DNA from: Candidatus Omnitrophota bacterium | GTDB lineage: Bacteria > Omnitrophota > Gorgyraeia > Aquiviventales > Aquiviventaceae | Assembly: GCA_023247275.1 (NCBI GenBank) | Contig: JAHFGT010000001.1 | Location: 6,265 to 70,264 of the forward strand | DNA: 64,000 nucleotides | Reading direction: 5' to 3' | Shown here: one piece after another, positions 49,273-58,523 of the stretch | Numbering within the stretch: position 1 is the stretch's first letter | Layout of the letters: each line of letters begins with the position of its first letter | The notes under the pieces: generated by a model | The model's input: the letters and a program-made list of their open reading frames with translations, nothing else | Databases searched by the model: none | Told to the model about the DNA's origin: nothing | Program-made: the position numbers and the translations under genes

Positions 49273-50138
49273 CAGGTTCTACCTCCGTCGATCACCAGGT
49301 TTGCCCCGGTCATGTACGACGACGCATCTGAAACCAGAAAAATCACGGCGGCCTTATACTCATCAGGCTGCGCCATTCGACCCATGGGAATGAGCTCTGA
49401 CAGCCGCTGCACAAATGGGGTTGGTTGGTCGGTCTGTACGCCGCCTGGTGAGATCGCATTTACCCGAACCCCGCGATCTGCCCAATAGGTCGCCAGATAC
49501 CTGGTCAAACCGAGCAGGCCGGTTTTTACCACCGCGTAGCTGATCGGCTTAGTGGGTTGCTGGTCATCAGGCAATCCAGGCTGACGATAGATTCGCTGAT
49601 CCGGGGCGATGACCGCCAAGTCTGACGCGATGTTGAGAATCACCCCCTGACCCTGCCGCGCCATTTCAGCGCCGATGAGTTGGCTGCACACAAATGCTCC
49701 GGTTAATCCGACCGCTAGATCACGGTTCCACAGATCTAATGGAAACTGGTCCAACCGGGTCCATGAACCTTCGCATGAATGGCCCGGGGGGCTCGCCGAC
49801 ACCTGTGGGTTGTTGGCCGCATTGTTGATCAGAATATCGACCCGTCCAAAACTCGCCAACGTCTGTCCCAACGCGGCGGCTATCGAAGAGGGGTTCGTGA
49901 CATCAGCCCGGATCCCGAGCGCTGAGCCACCATGCTCCTTGCTGATGGCCTGAGCAGCGGTTTGGGCATCTGGCTCGCGCACATCTAGGAGCACCGGGAT
50001 CCCCCCCATTTCAGCGATCGCCTCAGCATGCTTGGCGCCCAACAGCCCTGCCCCGCCGGTAATGATGGCGACGCGGCCTGTTAAATCGAATCGATCCCGA
50101 ACCGAAGCTGCCACTCGTGGTTGTGCTGTAGTACTCAT
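49266..50138 (-). CDS. Classical SDR-family oxidoreductase
   Basis: RVAIITGGAGLLGAKHA and YAVVKTGLLGLTR (YxxxK). The maximal ORF extends to 50183. Confidence 0.85.
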   Translation of the reverse strand: MSTTAQPRVAASVRDRFDLTGRVAIITGGAGLLGAKHAEAIAEMGGIPVLLDVREPDAQTAAQAISKEHGGSALGIRADVTNPSSIAAALGQTLASFGRVDILINNAANNPQVSASPPGHSCEGSWTRLDQFPLDLWNRDLAVGLTGAFVCSQLIGAEMARQGQGVILNIASDLAVIAPDQRIYRQPGLPDDQQPTKPISYAVVKTGLLGLTRYLATYWADRGVRVNAISPGGVQTDQPTPFVQRLSELIPMGRMAQPDEYKAAVIFLVSDASSYMTGANLVIDGGRTCW

Positions 50139-51187
50139 CGCGCCGCCACGATCCGAAGGCATGTCCGATCCCCGCCATAACACAACTCCTCTGATCCCAG
50201 CAGCTCAGCGCACCGCTCAGGGCGGATCCTGGTCACCAGCTCATCAGCCATTTTCGTTGGGAGGCAGGACAACAACGCCTTGCCTGTGTTGACCAGCCAC
50301 CGGCGTGGCGCTGATGGCGTCGCGCGAGTGGTGCCATTGCACCGATTTGACCACCAGTCCGCATACGTCGGGCCGCAGGTCTCGAGAAACTTCACCGTCA
50401 ACCCGGCCTGCTGGAACACGCGCGCTAAACTGTCCTGGCTAAAGAACCCCAGATGCGGCGCGTCGTTGTCTCGACGCTCGGCATGCTGGCGCAAATCACA
50501 ATGCGGCACTTCGCAGATCATAATCCCATCATCGCTGAGTAACGGCTTAACCTGCATCAGCCACGCCACCGCATCCACGCCATTGACATGCTCCAGCACA
50601 TGGGACATCAAGATCAGCTCAAAGGTGTTGCCGGGCGGGCTCCCAGCACATGGCTTTCGCGGATCCAGTGACTGTGCGATCACCTGCACCCCAGCGCGTT
50701 GCCGCAACCATTGAGCGGCTGACTCGTCAGGCTCGATCACAGATGCCTGAAGCCCGGGACACACCTGAGCGAGCGCATCTAGACTGGCCCCCTGGCCTGG
50801 CCCAATGTCCAGGAACGATTCTCCTGTGTGAAATGTTCGGAACAGCTTCGCCAGCAGCACCTGCGCGACTGCACGAGGATCCAACCGGGCGCGCCATGGC
50901 CCTGAGCTGCCCAGCGCATGCACCGACCCAGGGGCTCGATACTGGTGGCGATAAAATCGTTCGAGTCTGGCCACATCCACCGCAGGAGTTGCGTATCCAA
51001 ACCCGCACGATCCGCAGACCAGAATCTCCAAGCCGGTAAACGGATTCTCGGCTTGGGGCAGATGCGAACATTGCTGATCGATGTACCTCATCCGCACCAA
51101 CGTCCCTACTGTGGCTGCGCAGATTGGACAACCGTTCAGCAAGGGTGGCACCGGCTGCGCAAGAGACAACACGGCCGCATCTACCAT
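50135..51187 (-). CDS. SAM-dependent methyltransferase with N-terminal Cys4 zinc-binding domain
   Basis: CPICAA-x34-CGSCGF, then FLDIGPGQGASLDAL. The maximal ORF extends to 51220. Confidence 0.75.
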   Translation of the reverse strand: MVDAAVLSLAQPVPPLLNGCPICAATVGTLVRMRYIDQQCSHLPQAENPFTGLEILVCGSCGFGYATPAVDVARLERFYRHQYRAPGSVHALGSSGPWRARLDPRAVAQVLLAKLFRTFHTGESFLDIGPGQGASLDALAQVCPGLQASVIEPDESAAQWLRQRAGVQVIAQSLDPRKPCAGSPPGNTFELILMSHVLEHVNGVDAVAWLMQVKPLLSDDGIMICEVPHCDLRQHAERRDNDAPHLGFFSQDSLARVFQQAGLTVKFLETCGPTYADWWSNRCNGTTRATPSAPRRWLVNTGKALLSCLPTKMADELVTRIRPERCAELLGSEELCYGGDRTCLRIVAAR

Positions 51188-51957
51188 CCGCGTGTCTGCC
51201 CGCCATCGACGACCAAACACGCGCCAGTCAGAAACGACGCGCGCGTTGAAGCCAGGAACACCGCCGCATCCGCGACTTCGTCGACCCGACCAAATCTGCC
51301 CAGCGGCACTTCGCGCTGAATGTACTTGGCGACCTGCTCAGACTGCTGCTGTTGATACCGGTCCCATGATCCACCGGGGAACAAGATATTTCCCGGCGCC
51401 ACCGCATTGACCCGCACCCCATGCGGGCCGACCGCGCGTGACAAACTCTTCATCGTGCTGTGCAACGCGGCCTTGGCCGCGCTGTACGGCACCGGTGCCC
51501 CGAGCGCCTCACAACCAGCGATCGAGGAAATAAATGTGAGACTCCCAGCACGCTGACGAACCAGATGTTTGAGGACCGCGTCCGCCAACTGCACGCTACC
51601 TAAAAGGTTCATCTGAAGGCTCGCCTGCCACTCCTTAGGCGTCACATGCCATCCGCTTGGTCCGACCCCGCTGCCAATGTTCGCCACCACCGCATCTAGC
51701 CGCTTAAACCGAGCGAGTACCTGCTCCACCGCTTCTTGAATACGCACCGGATCAGTCAGATCGCCTTGCACCGCCATGACGCGGGACGGGTCGCTGGCCT
51801 CCGCCAAGCGTCGCGTCGCCTGGTCTAGCACATCCGGCCGGCGTCCGCTAATCACGACTGATGCGCCTTCCTTCAAGAACGCCTCGCTAATCGCGAGCCC
51901 AATGCCTTGACTCGATCCGGCAATGAAGACCACCGATCCTTCGAGTTCCAGATTCAT
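51181..51957 (-). CDS. Classical SDR-family oxidoreductase (3-oxoacyl-ACP reductase-like)
   Basis: VVFIAGSSQGIGLAISEAF and YSAAKAAL. Confidence 0.85.
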   Translation of the reverse strand: MNLELEGSVVFIAGSSQGIGLAISEAFLKEGASVVISGRRPDVLDQATRRLAEASDPSRVMAVQGDLTDPVRIQEAVEQVLARFKRLDAVVANIGSGVGPSGWHVTPKEWQASLQMNLLGSVQLADAVLKHLVRQRAGSLTFISSIAGCEALGAPVPYSAAKAALHSTMKSLSRAVGPHGVRVNAVAPGNILFPGGSWDRYQQQQSEQVAKYIQREVPLGRFGRVDEVADAAVFLASTRASFLTGACLVVDGGQTRGW

Positions 51958-52799
51958 GCTGCAGGAACAGCCACAACGTTGACCTGCTGCTCAATCAACT
52001 GGCGATTGCGGATCGCCAACTGGAGCTCAGATACCGATGGATCTCTCGCGGCTTGCAGAACCAACGGTCCTGAAAATCGGCGTTCCCCAAGCAGCCGAAA
52101 CACCGTCGGAAAGTCAGCAGCCCCGGTCCCCAATCCCACCGACGGGCCACCTCGCGGACGGTCCTTCACATGGACGCTGCCCACCCAGGCCCCAATCGCC
52201 GTCAGCTCCTCGGTTGGATCATGGCCCAGAGCCGCGCAATTGCCGATGTCGTACGTATATTTCACCATGGGGTGCGCCACCGCGGTCATCAGCTCGACTA
52301 GCGGCTGGGCTTGCAGATCCATTTCCAGGTGTAACTCAACGTGCGTTCGCTCGGCGACAGGGACTACTCGCCGCAACATTTCCACCACCGCATGGCCTTG
52401 TGCGGCGGTTGTCAGCGACGACGCGTCGACAAACGGCAACACCACATGGCGGGCGCCCAGCATCTGAAGGCGTCCCAGCAACCAGCTCAGATGCCGCTGG
52501 GTCGGCTGATGAATCGTGCCATCTGGCTCAATCAGCGGCCGGGTCATGTAGTAATCGGCGCAGACCGACCAGACTGAGACGCCACTGTCCTCACTCACTC
52601 GCCGGATCTCCTGAAGACCATCATCGGTGCGCAACGGATTCACCGATTCAGATTCCTGATCATAGATCCATTCGATGCAGGACAACCCGGCGTGTTGTGC
52701 CAGCGCAAACTCTGCCCGCCAGGTGCGCGTTGGAAATGATTGCAATCGCCCGCGATCCGGCGGCGACAATCTGCCTTGCATCAGGCCAATCACATTCAT
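51954..52799 (-). CDS. Sugar-phosphate isomerase/epimerase (xylose-isomerase-like TIM barrel)
   Basis: MNVIGLMQGRLSPP...FALAQHAGLSCIEW... The maximal ORF extends to 52994. The MNVIG start gives an ATGA overlap with the upstream aminotransferase. Confidence 0.65.
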   Translation of the reverse strand: MNVIGLMQGRLSPPDRGRLQSFPTRTWRAEFALAQHAGLSCIEWIYDQESESVNPLRTDDGLQEIRRVSEDSGVSVWSVCADYYMTRPLIEPDGTIHQPTQRHLSWLLGRLQMLGARHVVLPFVDASSLTTAAQGHAVVEMLRRVVPVAERTHVELHLEMDLQAQPLVELMTAVAHPMVKYTYDIGNCAALGHDPTEELTAIGAWVGSVHVKDRPRGGPSVGLGTGAADFPTVFRLLGERRFSGPLVLQAARDPSVSELQLAIRNRQLIEQQVNVVAVPAA

Positions 52800-53851
52800 C
52801 GCGCGGTCCCAAACACATACGGCGACACTCCGGCGGCCGGTGGCGTAGTGCGGACACGATCCCACTGTTTGATTTGCTCCACAATATCGATACCCACGTT
52901 GCGGCTCCATTGCGCCAACAGCGCCTGTGTGACCGGCCCAGGCGTTCCAGCACCGATCGGTTGCCCATTCAACTGAGTCACCGGGAGCAGACAAAACGGC
53001 GTAGCCGTCATGAAGGCTTCATCCGCTTGCAGCACGTCATACGACTCCAGCTGGTCTTCAGCAACCCGCAATTCGAGTTGTCGCGCCAGCTCTTCCATGA
53101 CATAGTGACGACTAATTCCCCGGAGGACGTTCTGCCCCAGTGGCGTGATGAGCTGCCGACCTTTCACAAGAAAGAAATTACTGCCCGTGCCCTCCGTAAT
53201 AAAGCCGTTGGGATCCAACAAGAGTGCCCAGTTGTGCGACCCCTGCCACCGGCTCACTTCGAGATTGGCTTTGAAGTAGTGCAGGCGACTTCGGTGCTTC
53301 ACTTTCGGATCCAGCAATGAGGCCGGGATCGCTCGCTGAGACGGAATGACGGCATGAATCCCCGCATCGAACAACTCCCCCATCCCGGCCACGGTCCAGC
53401 GCAGCGGGAAATCCGCCATAATGACCTGCGGTCCCTTCGGGACGCCAACAACCCCTTCGTAGATACTGAGCAGGCCTCGGGTCACGTTGATCATCAGGCG
53501 GTGTTCATCATCCGCTGTGCACAGCGACTCGTTCGCCTGGATAGTCTGCTGCGCGGCCGCCTCCAACTCGGTGAAGCTGAACGGCAGTGGCAGCTCGACC
53601 GCTTTCGCCGATTGGGATAACCGCTCAAGGTGCTCTCGCAATTTGAACTGGACCTTCCCAAACGACCGGGTCATTTCGAAAACCATGTCACCAAACATCA
53701 GGGCGGAATCATAGATCGACAATCGCGCATCTGCCTCCGGCACGAATTGCCCGTTCCACCACACCACGCGCGAACGTTCTGGAATCATGCCGCGCCGTCC
53801 CGGCCGCTCGGGGGGAGGGTCGCGCCTTCGACGAATCCGCTGCGCTGCCAT
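52796..53851 (-). CDS. PLP fold-type IV aminotransferase (branched-chain / D-amino-acid aminotransferase family)
   Basis: SIYDSALMFGDMVFEM, ITEGTGSNFFLVKGRQLITP. Confidence 0.8.
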   Translation of the reverse strand: MAAQRIRRRRDPPPERPGRRGMIPERSRVVWWNGQFVPEADARLSIYDSALMFGDMVFEMTRSFGKVQFKLREHLERLSQSAKAVELPLPFSFTELEAAAQQTIQANESLCTADDEHRLMINVTRGLLSIYEGVVGVPKGPQVIMADFPLRWTVAGMGELFDAGIHAVIPSQRAIPASLLDPKVKHRSRLHYFKANLEVSRWQGSHNWALLLDPNGFITEGTGSNFFLVKGRQLITPLGQNVLRGISRHYVMEELARQLELRVAEDQLESYDVLQADEAFMTATPFCLLPVTQLNGQPIGAGTPGPVTQALLAQWSRNVGIDIVEQIKQWDRVRTTPPAAGVSPYVFGTAR

Positions 53852-54138
53852 GTCAACGCATTGATCGCTTTGTCATCAATGTAGACATCTGCCGAGGGTT
53901 TGCCCATCTGCAGGATGTGGTAGCGCACTCTCCAGTCCCGCAACTGCTGCTCGGTGAGCGCCCGCCAGTCGATCCCGGTAGTCCCGCCGCGCGCGGTGTA
54001 CAATACAATGCGGTGCCCGGCCTGAAAGAGCCGATTCACCTCGTTGATGATCTTTGGAAACGGCTGCGCCTGATGGTACTCCCCGTTGGTGTTCGTGCAG
54101 AGCGTCCCATCGATATCAAAACAGTACGTCATCAGCAT
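53785..54138 (-). CDS. HAD-superfamily hydrolase (small phosphatase)
   Basis: CFDIDGTLC motif I and VLYTARG motif II. The maximal ORF extends to 54216. Confidence 0.55.
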   Translation of the reverse strand: MLMTYCFDIDGTLCTNTNGEYHQAQPFPKIINEVNRLFQAGHRIVLYTARGGTTGIDWRALTEQQLRDWRVRYHILQMGKPSADVYIDDKAINALTWQRSGFVEGATLPPSGRDGAA

Positions 54139-54152
54139 TCTCGGCTGGGCGG

Positions 54153-54956
54153 TTAGACAGCCGGATGTTCTACACAGGCCTGCACCCCAGATCCTGAGTT
54201 GGCAACCCGTCGGCATTCTGCGTCATACCATCGGATGATGTCAGTGATGTGAAAGCTGGGGTTCTTCGGGTAGAGCGTGTCATACAGGCTTGCCATGAAC
54301 GCATACTCGGCGCGCGTGTTGACATCGAGTACCAGGTCTGGTCGGCGGAATGCTCCTGGACACGCCACGGTACCGATGCGATAGCGCATCGGATCCGCCG
54401 GGCGCTGGCGAGCATAGTCGAAGAAATTCAGATGCGGATGCTCTCGACGCTCAGGATCCGTGCAGGCGCGCCACACCTCTTCCAAGGTTGTGAGATGAAA
54501 CACTTCGGCGCCGATTCCATTCGGATACCCATTGCCGTAGACCTCGGCCAGATTAGAGGAGAAGTGACTGGATCCTGAAAGATGGGCTGTAATGATCCGA
54601 TCGATTTCCGTTGGTTCAGGCACTGGGTTGTCGGCAGGCAGCCGCGCGATGACATCTGCGCCGCAGCTTCGCGCTGCCTGAACATATCGATCGACCACAT
54701 CATGCTCTGATCCTCGGAACACCCGCACACCCTCAGCAGACGCGAGGTGCGCTAGCACGTCATCCTCTGAGTGCGTGGTCGTGGCGACGACAAGCTCATG
54801 CACCCATTGGCATCGCTTGACCCGCTCCAGCAGCCGCGCCAGCAATGGGCGGCCAGCGAGCGGCAACATCGATTTCCCCGGCAGTCGCAAAGATCCCATG
54901 CGAGCCTGCATGATCAACGCCACACGCGGGCGGGTCGGCAACTTAGTCAACGGCAT
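54153..54956 (-). CDS. Cytidylyltransferase (SpsF / acylneuraminate cytidylyltransferase-like, CTP_transf_3)
   Basis: RVALIMQARMGSLRLPGKSMLPLAGRPLL...VVATT. The maximal ORF extends to 55175. Confidence 0.7.
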   Translation of the reverse strand: MPLTKLPTRPRVALIMQARMGSLRLPGKSMLPLAGRPLLARLLERVKRCQWVHELVVATTTHSEDDVLAHLASAEGVRVFRGSEHDVVDRYVQAARSCGADVIARLPADNPVPEPTEIDRIITAHLSGSSHFSSNLAEVYGNGYPNGIGAEVFHLTTLEEVWRACTDPERREHPHLNFFDYARQRPADPMRYRIGTVACPGAFRRPDLVLDVNTRAEYAFMASLYDTLYPKNPSFHITDIIRWYDAECRRVANSGSGVQACVEHPAV

Positions 54957-55929
54957 GATCTGCGACTTGGCCGAGCCGATCCCCAGGTCCCCAGTATCGG
55001 AGTTTCTTGGCATTGGCTGCTTCAGCCGGCGTGACCCGCTTGACCCCATCCCCCATGACCAGCGGGATGGTTCTGACGTAACTGGTGAGCATTTCCAGTC
55101 CGCGCTTTTCCAGCGAGGCGGCTTGATCGCTGCCATACATCGCCCGGTCCAGCGTGATGTGCCGCTCGACCGCAACCGCCCCCATCATCGCGGCCAGCAC
55201 CCCTGGGACCATCGTCACTTCATGGCCGCTATAGCCGACCGGGCAGCCGTAGCGGCGGCGCAGCTCGACGAGACAGCGCAGGTTCAGCGCCTGTTCCTGG
55301 GCCGGGTACTCTGAGAGGCAGTGCATCAGCACAAACGGACAGTCGTGCCGGCGAAACACCTCGACCGCGGCATCGATCTGGTCATACCCGCTCATGCCGG
55401 TCGAAATAAAGGTTGGCTTGCGCTCTTGCGCCACGTACTCCACCAGTTCGCGATGCGTCAACAGTGGCGACGCGATCTTGTTGTAGGCGAGGTCATACGA
55501 TCGAAGAAACTCCTGGCTCGGGACATCCCACGCCGATGCAAACCAGGCGATCCCGATCGAGCGGCAATAGGCGTCGATCTGATCGTACTGCGCTCGGCCG
55601 AACTCTAGCGCCTCTTTTTGGGCGCGCTGGGTCGTGCCCCATGGGCTGGCGCGCGGCGAGTCCAGAAACTCCTTGGTATAGACTATGGACACTGTGCGTT
55701 TCTGAAATTTGACCGCATCGCAGCCAGCGTCTTTGGCCATCCGAATCAGTTGCTTGGCGATTGACACATCGCCGTTATGGTTGATGCCGATCTCCGCAAT
55801 CACGGCGACATGACGGGCAATGGGCCAGGGGTTTGATTGGATCAGCGTTGTGGCGAACGCAAACCGGTCGTCCACGGCCGGCGGCGGCGAGGTCAACACC
55901 GTCGCTGGAGCGCTGGAGAGCGGGTTCAT
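54943..55929 (-). CDS. NeuB-family nonulosonic/octulosonic acid synthase (sialic acid synthase / SpsE-like)
   Basis: IAEIGINHNGDVSIAKQLIRMAKDAGCDAVKFQ, ISTGMS, HCLSEYP, GYSGHE. 328 aa. A C-terminal SAF domain appears to be absent or short. Confidence 0.85.
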   Translation of the reverse strand: MNPLSSAPATVLTSPPPAVDDRFAFATTLIQSNPWPIARHVAVIAEIGINHNGDVSIAKQLIRMAKDAGCDAVKFQKRTVSIVYTKEFLDSPRASPWGTTQRAQKEALEFGRAQYDQIDAYCRSIGIAWFASAWDVPSQEFLRSYDLAYNKIASPLLTHRELVEYVAQERKPTFISTGMSGYDQIDAAVEVFRRHDCPFVLMHCLSEYPAQEQALNLRCLVELRRRYGCPVGYSGHEVTMVPGVLAAMMGAVAVERHITLDRAMYGSDQAASLEKRGLEMLTSYVRTIPLVMGDGVKRVTPAEAANAKKLRYWGPGDRLGQVADHAVD

Positions 55930-55930
55930 C

Positions 55931-56608
55931 TCACCTCAATGGTTGGAGCGCGCCATCCACGGCTGGGACATCGGCTCCATCACGTTGAATCACGATGACC
56001 TTCTCTTCCGGCACGCCAAGTTGCGCCAGTCGAGTTTGAAGCTGTTCGACGTCCTCGTGCAGCGAGCTGAGGATCCCGCAGTCATAGGTGAGGGTGGGGA
56101 TGGCAGCAGACGAGAGCACCGGCAGCCCAAGGAACGTTTGCCCGACCAGCCGATCATCCACGACCGCAACAAGGGTATGCCCCAATGCCTTTAGCGTGAT
56201 GTAGGCGATCTCGCTAATTTCCCCAGCGCCGAAACAGACAATGCTCGCGCCCCCGGACGGGACCAGTCGGGCTAGCGAGGTCTTGACCACCTCACGCACC
56301 GTGCGATACAGATAGAGCGAGTACTCGAGAAATTCATAGGTCAGCCGGGTCTTTTCGGCGATGCCTTTGGGGGTGATCAGGTATCGGATTCGGTTGCGCT
56401 GGATGTTCACCGCCTTGACATACCCTTTGGTGACTAACCGGCGAATCATCAGATTGGTCAGCCCGAGTGCGACTTCAAGCCGCTTGGCCAGGTGGCGTTG
56501 AGTCACTGAGGAGTCAGCCGCGATCGCTTCGAGCGCTTTGAGCTCTCGGTAGGACTCAGTGTTCATCACGTGAACAATAAAGCCGCCACAGACCCTTGTC
56601 AAGGTCAA
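55931..56608 (-). CDS. Winged-helix (MarR-like) DNA-binding domain fused to a Rossmann/CoA-binding-like domain
   Basis: The N-terminus (LKALEAIAADSSVTQRHLAKRLEVALGLTNLMIRRLVTKGYV) is a wHTH. The C-terminus (IVCFGAGEISEIAYITLKALGHTLVAVVDD...GLPV) is paralogous to the C-terminal domain of the WecA-like protein. Confidence 0.5.
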   Translation of the reverse strand: MTLTRVCGGFIVHVMNTESYRELKALEAIAADSSVTQRHLAKRLEVALGLTNLMIRRLVTKGYVKAVNIQRNRIRYLITPKGIAEKTRLTYEFLEYSLYLYRTVREVVKTSLARLVPSGGASIVCFGAGEISEIAYITLKALGHTLVAVVDDRLVGQTFLGLPVLSSAAIPTLTYDCGILSSLHEDVEQLQTRLAQLGVPEEKVIVIQRDGADVPAVDGALQPLR

Positions 56609-56616
56609 TCTCCTAG

Positions 56617-57780
56617 TTACAAGCGGCGGGAACGGAGGAGGTCGTGAAATGTGTTGATCAGCGTTGGACCATGGACGGTCAACGAGTACCGCTGTTCAAT
56701 GGTGCGCCGGCCGGCCTGGCCGATTCGCTGGCGCAAGGCGGGATCGTTCATGAGCCGGGTGAGCTTTTCGATCCATTCATCCTCGGTGCTGGCCAACAAC
56801 CCGTTGACGCCATCCTCAATGATCTCGCGGTTGACGCCAACCGCCGAGGCGACCACCGGCACGCCACATCCCATAAACTGAATCGCCTTAAAGCCGCACT
56901 TACCGCGAGCCCAGGGATCATCCCACAACGGGTACACGCCAATATCGCACCGCTGAAAATCGTCGACTTCAGTCGCCAACGCCCACGGACGAGACTCCAC
57001 CGGCACCCCGCCGAGTGTGAGTCCATCCGGAGCGCCAACCACCGAAAACCGAAACCGATGCGTGGTGGCCACTCGTTCAAGCACACGTCGGAGATCAGAC
57101 AGATATTTGGCGGTGGAATGGCTGCCAACCCATCCGATCGTCGGCACCGCATTCGGCTTAACACCTGATCGCGGACAAAAGCGTGTGGTATCGATGCAGG
57201 TTGGCAACACGACAACGCGCCGCGCATGTTCACGCGCGTACTCGGCCAGAAACTGGTTGCCGGCCATGACGACATCACAGCACGCCATCACCTGCTTGGG
57301 CGTGTCCAACCGCTCCAGTCGGGCGAGCATCGCTCTTCCCTGCCGCTGCGGCAGGAACATCGCGTCATCGTAATCATAGATCTTTGGCCCGGGAAATCGG
57401 CGGACATGGTCGAGCCCAATCGTCAAGCCGAGCGGAAAGGTTTCTCGATGGATCCACAGCACATCAGCCTGTCGAGCCGCCTGCCGTAGCCGACCTAAGC
57501 GGCGCACGGTGCCTGACAGGCTGTACGCGGCTTTCGCCGGCCACCACCCTCGTCGATACAGTACGCGCGCAGCCGTGTCTGAGTAAAACGAATCCAGCGC
57601 CAGCGAAAACCCGGCCTGCTCCAACATCGATCGCCATTGCACAATGCGAAACCGCGTGCTCGGCCCGGTCATCGGGTTGGTCGCCATCGCCAGGATCCGC
57701 TTGCGATGAATTGATGGCCTATCGGTGACCCATGGGCGGCGGCTCCGGCTCTTGACAATCTGATGCGTATCGAGTGCCAT
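56617..57780 (-). CDS. Family-4 (GT-B) glycosyltransferase
   Basis: GCGVPVVASAVGVNREIIEDGVNGLL. Confidence 0.8.
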   Translation of the reverse strand: MALDTHQIVKSRSRRPWVTDRPSIHRKRILAMATNPMTGPSTRFRIVQWRSMLEQAGFSLALDSFYSDTAARVLYRRGWWPAKAAYSLSGTVRRLGRLRQAARQADVLWIHRETFPLGLTIGLDHVRRFPGPKIYDYDDAMFLPQRQGRAMLARLERLDTPKQVMACCDVVMAGNQFLAEYAREHARRVVVLPTCIDTTRFCPRSGVKPNAVPTIGWVGSHSTAKYLSDLRRVLERVATTHRFRFSVVGAPDGLTLGGVPVESRPWALATEVDDFQRCDIGVYPLWDDPWARGKCGFKAIQFMGCGVPVVASAVGVNREIIEDGVNGLLASTEDEWIEKLTRLMNDPALRQRIGQAGRRTIEQRYSLTVHGPTLINTFHDLLRSRRL

Positions 57781-57829
57781 TAATCAGTAGTGCTCAATGC
57801 ACAGTCTCTGACACAAGGAGCGCGCTGCC

Positions 57830-58114
57830 ATGCCCACACCCAAGCCCACCACGATCCCAGCCGTGAAGGCGCGTGTGCGCTTCGGGGAAATTATGAAACG
57901 CGCCGCGCTGCAGCGAGAGCGCTTTATCGTTGAAAAATCCGGGTTGCCGGTGGTGGCTATCATCAACGCGACCGAGTATCTCACCTGGGTCCAAGAGCGC
58001 GAGGAGCGCTTTCACATCTTAGACCGCGTGAAAGGCCATCTCCCACGCGTCGCTCCTCAAGAGGTTGAACGCGACGTCCAGCGAGCCGTTCGTGCCATCA
58101 AGCTTCGTGATTAA
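57830..58114 (+). CDS. Type II antitoxin, Phd/YefM family
   Basis: 94 aa. RFIVEKSGLPVVAIINATEYLTW matches the Phd/YefM core. An AAGGAG RBS lies 9 nt upstream. Overlaps the PIN gene. Confidence 0.65.
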   Translation: MPTPKPTTIPAVKARVRFGEIMKRAALQRERFIVEKSGLPVVAIINATEYLTWVQEREERFHILDRVKGHLPRVAPQEVERDVQRAVRAIKLRD

Positions 58115-58523
58115 GGCTGTTCTCGATACCAACCAGTTCGTCAGTAGCCTGCTGACCCGAACAGGACCATCCGCCAAACTCCTCGAGGAGTGGCGAGCCC
58201 ATGCGCATCTGCTCGTCACCTCTCAAGAGATTCTCGCAGAGATCGAACGGGTGCTTCAGCATCCGCACATCGCCAAGAAGTATCGCATCACGGAAGCTGA
58301 CGTGACGGCCCTGATCGAGCTGCTGGAACACGAAGCCGTCGTCTTGCCCCAGACACAGCGTATCGACGTCATCACCGATGATCCCACCGATAACAAGATC
58401 CTGGCCTACGCGATCGACGCCCGAGCGCCGTACATCGTCTCCGGCGATCAACGCCTGCTGCGCCAGTACCACGGAATCGCCATCGTCACCGCCTGCGAAT
58501 TCCTCGCCGTCCTTCATCAGTAG
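58065..58523 (+). CDS. PIN-domain toxin (VapC-like ribonuclease)
   Basis: VLDTNQFVSSLL (first Asp), then conserved E and DDPTDNKILAYAIDA...VSGD acidic residues. The likely true start is the GTG at about 58107, overlapping the antitoxin stop (GTGATTAA). Confidence 0.75.
   Translation: MNATSSEPFVPSSFVIKAVLDTNQFVSSLLTRTGPSAKLLEEWRAHAHLLVTSQEILAEIERVLQHPHIAKKYRITEADVTALIELLEHEAVVLPQTQRIDVITDDPTDNKILAYAIDARAPYIVSGDQRLLRQYHGIAIVTACEFLAVLHQ

Noticed and set aside
54957-55175. N-terminal extensions of maximal ORFs (for example 54957-55175, 59726-59883, 37470-37643, 32809-33009, 15892-16011)
   Set aside because: The extensions overlap upstream genes or a hairpin and contain no conserved sequence. 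Internal Met or GTG starts recreate the ATGA/TGATG coupling seen throughout, so the shorter forms were preferred.
57753-57790. TTGACA hexamer upstream of the antitoxin gene as a -35 element
   Set aside because: There is no acceptable -10 at 16-18 nt spacing. TGCCAT at 17 nt is weak and ATTAAT is 21 nt away. The promoter assignment was not supported.
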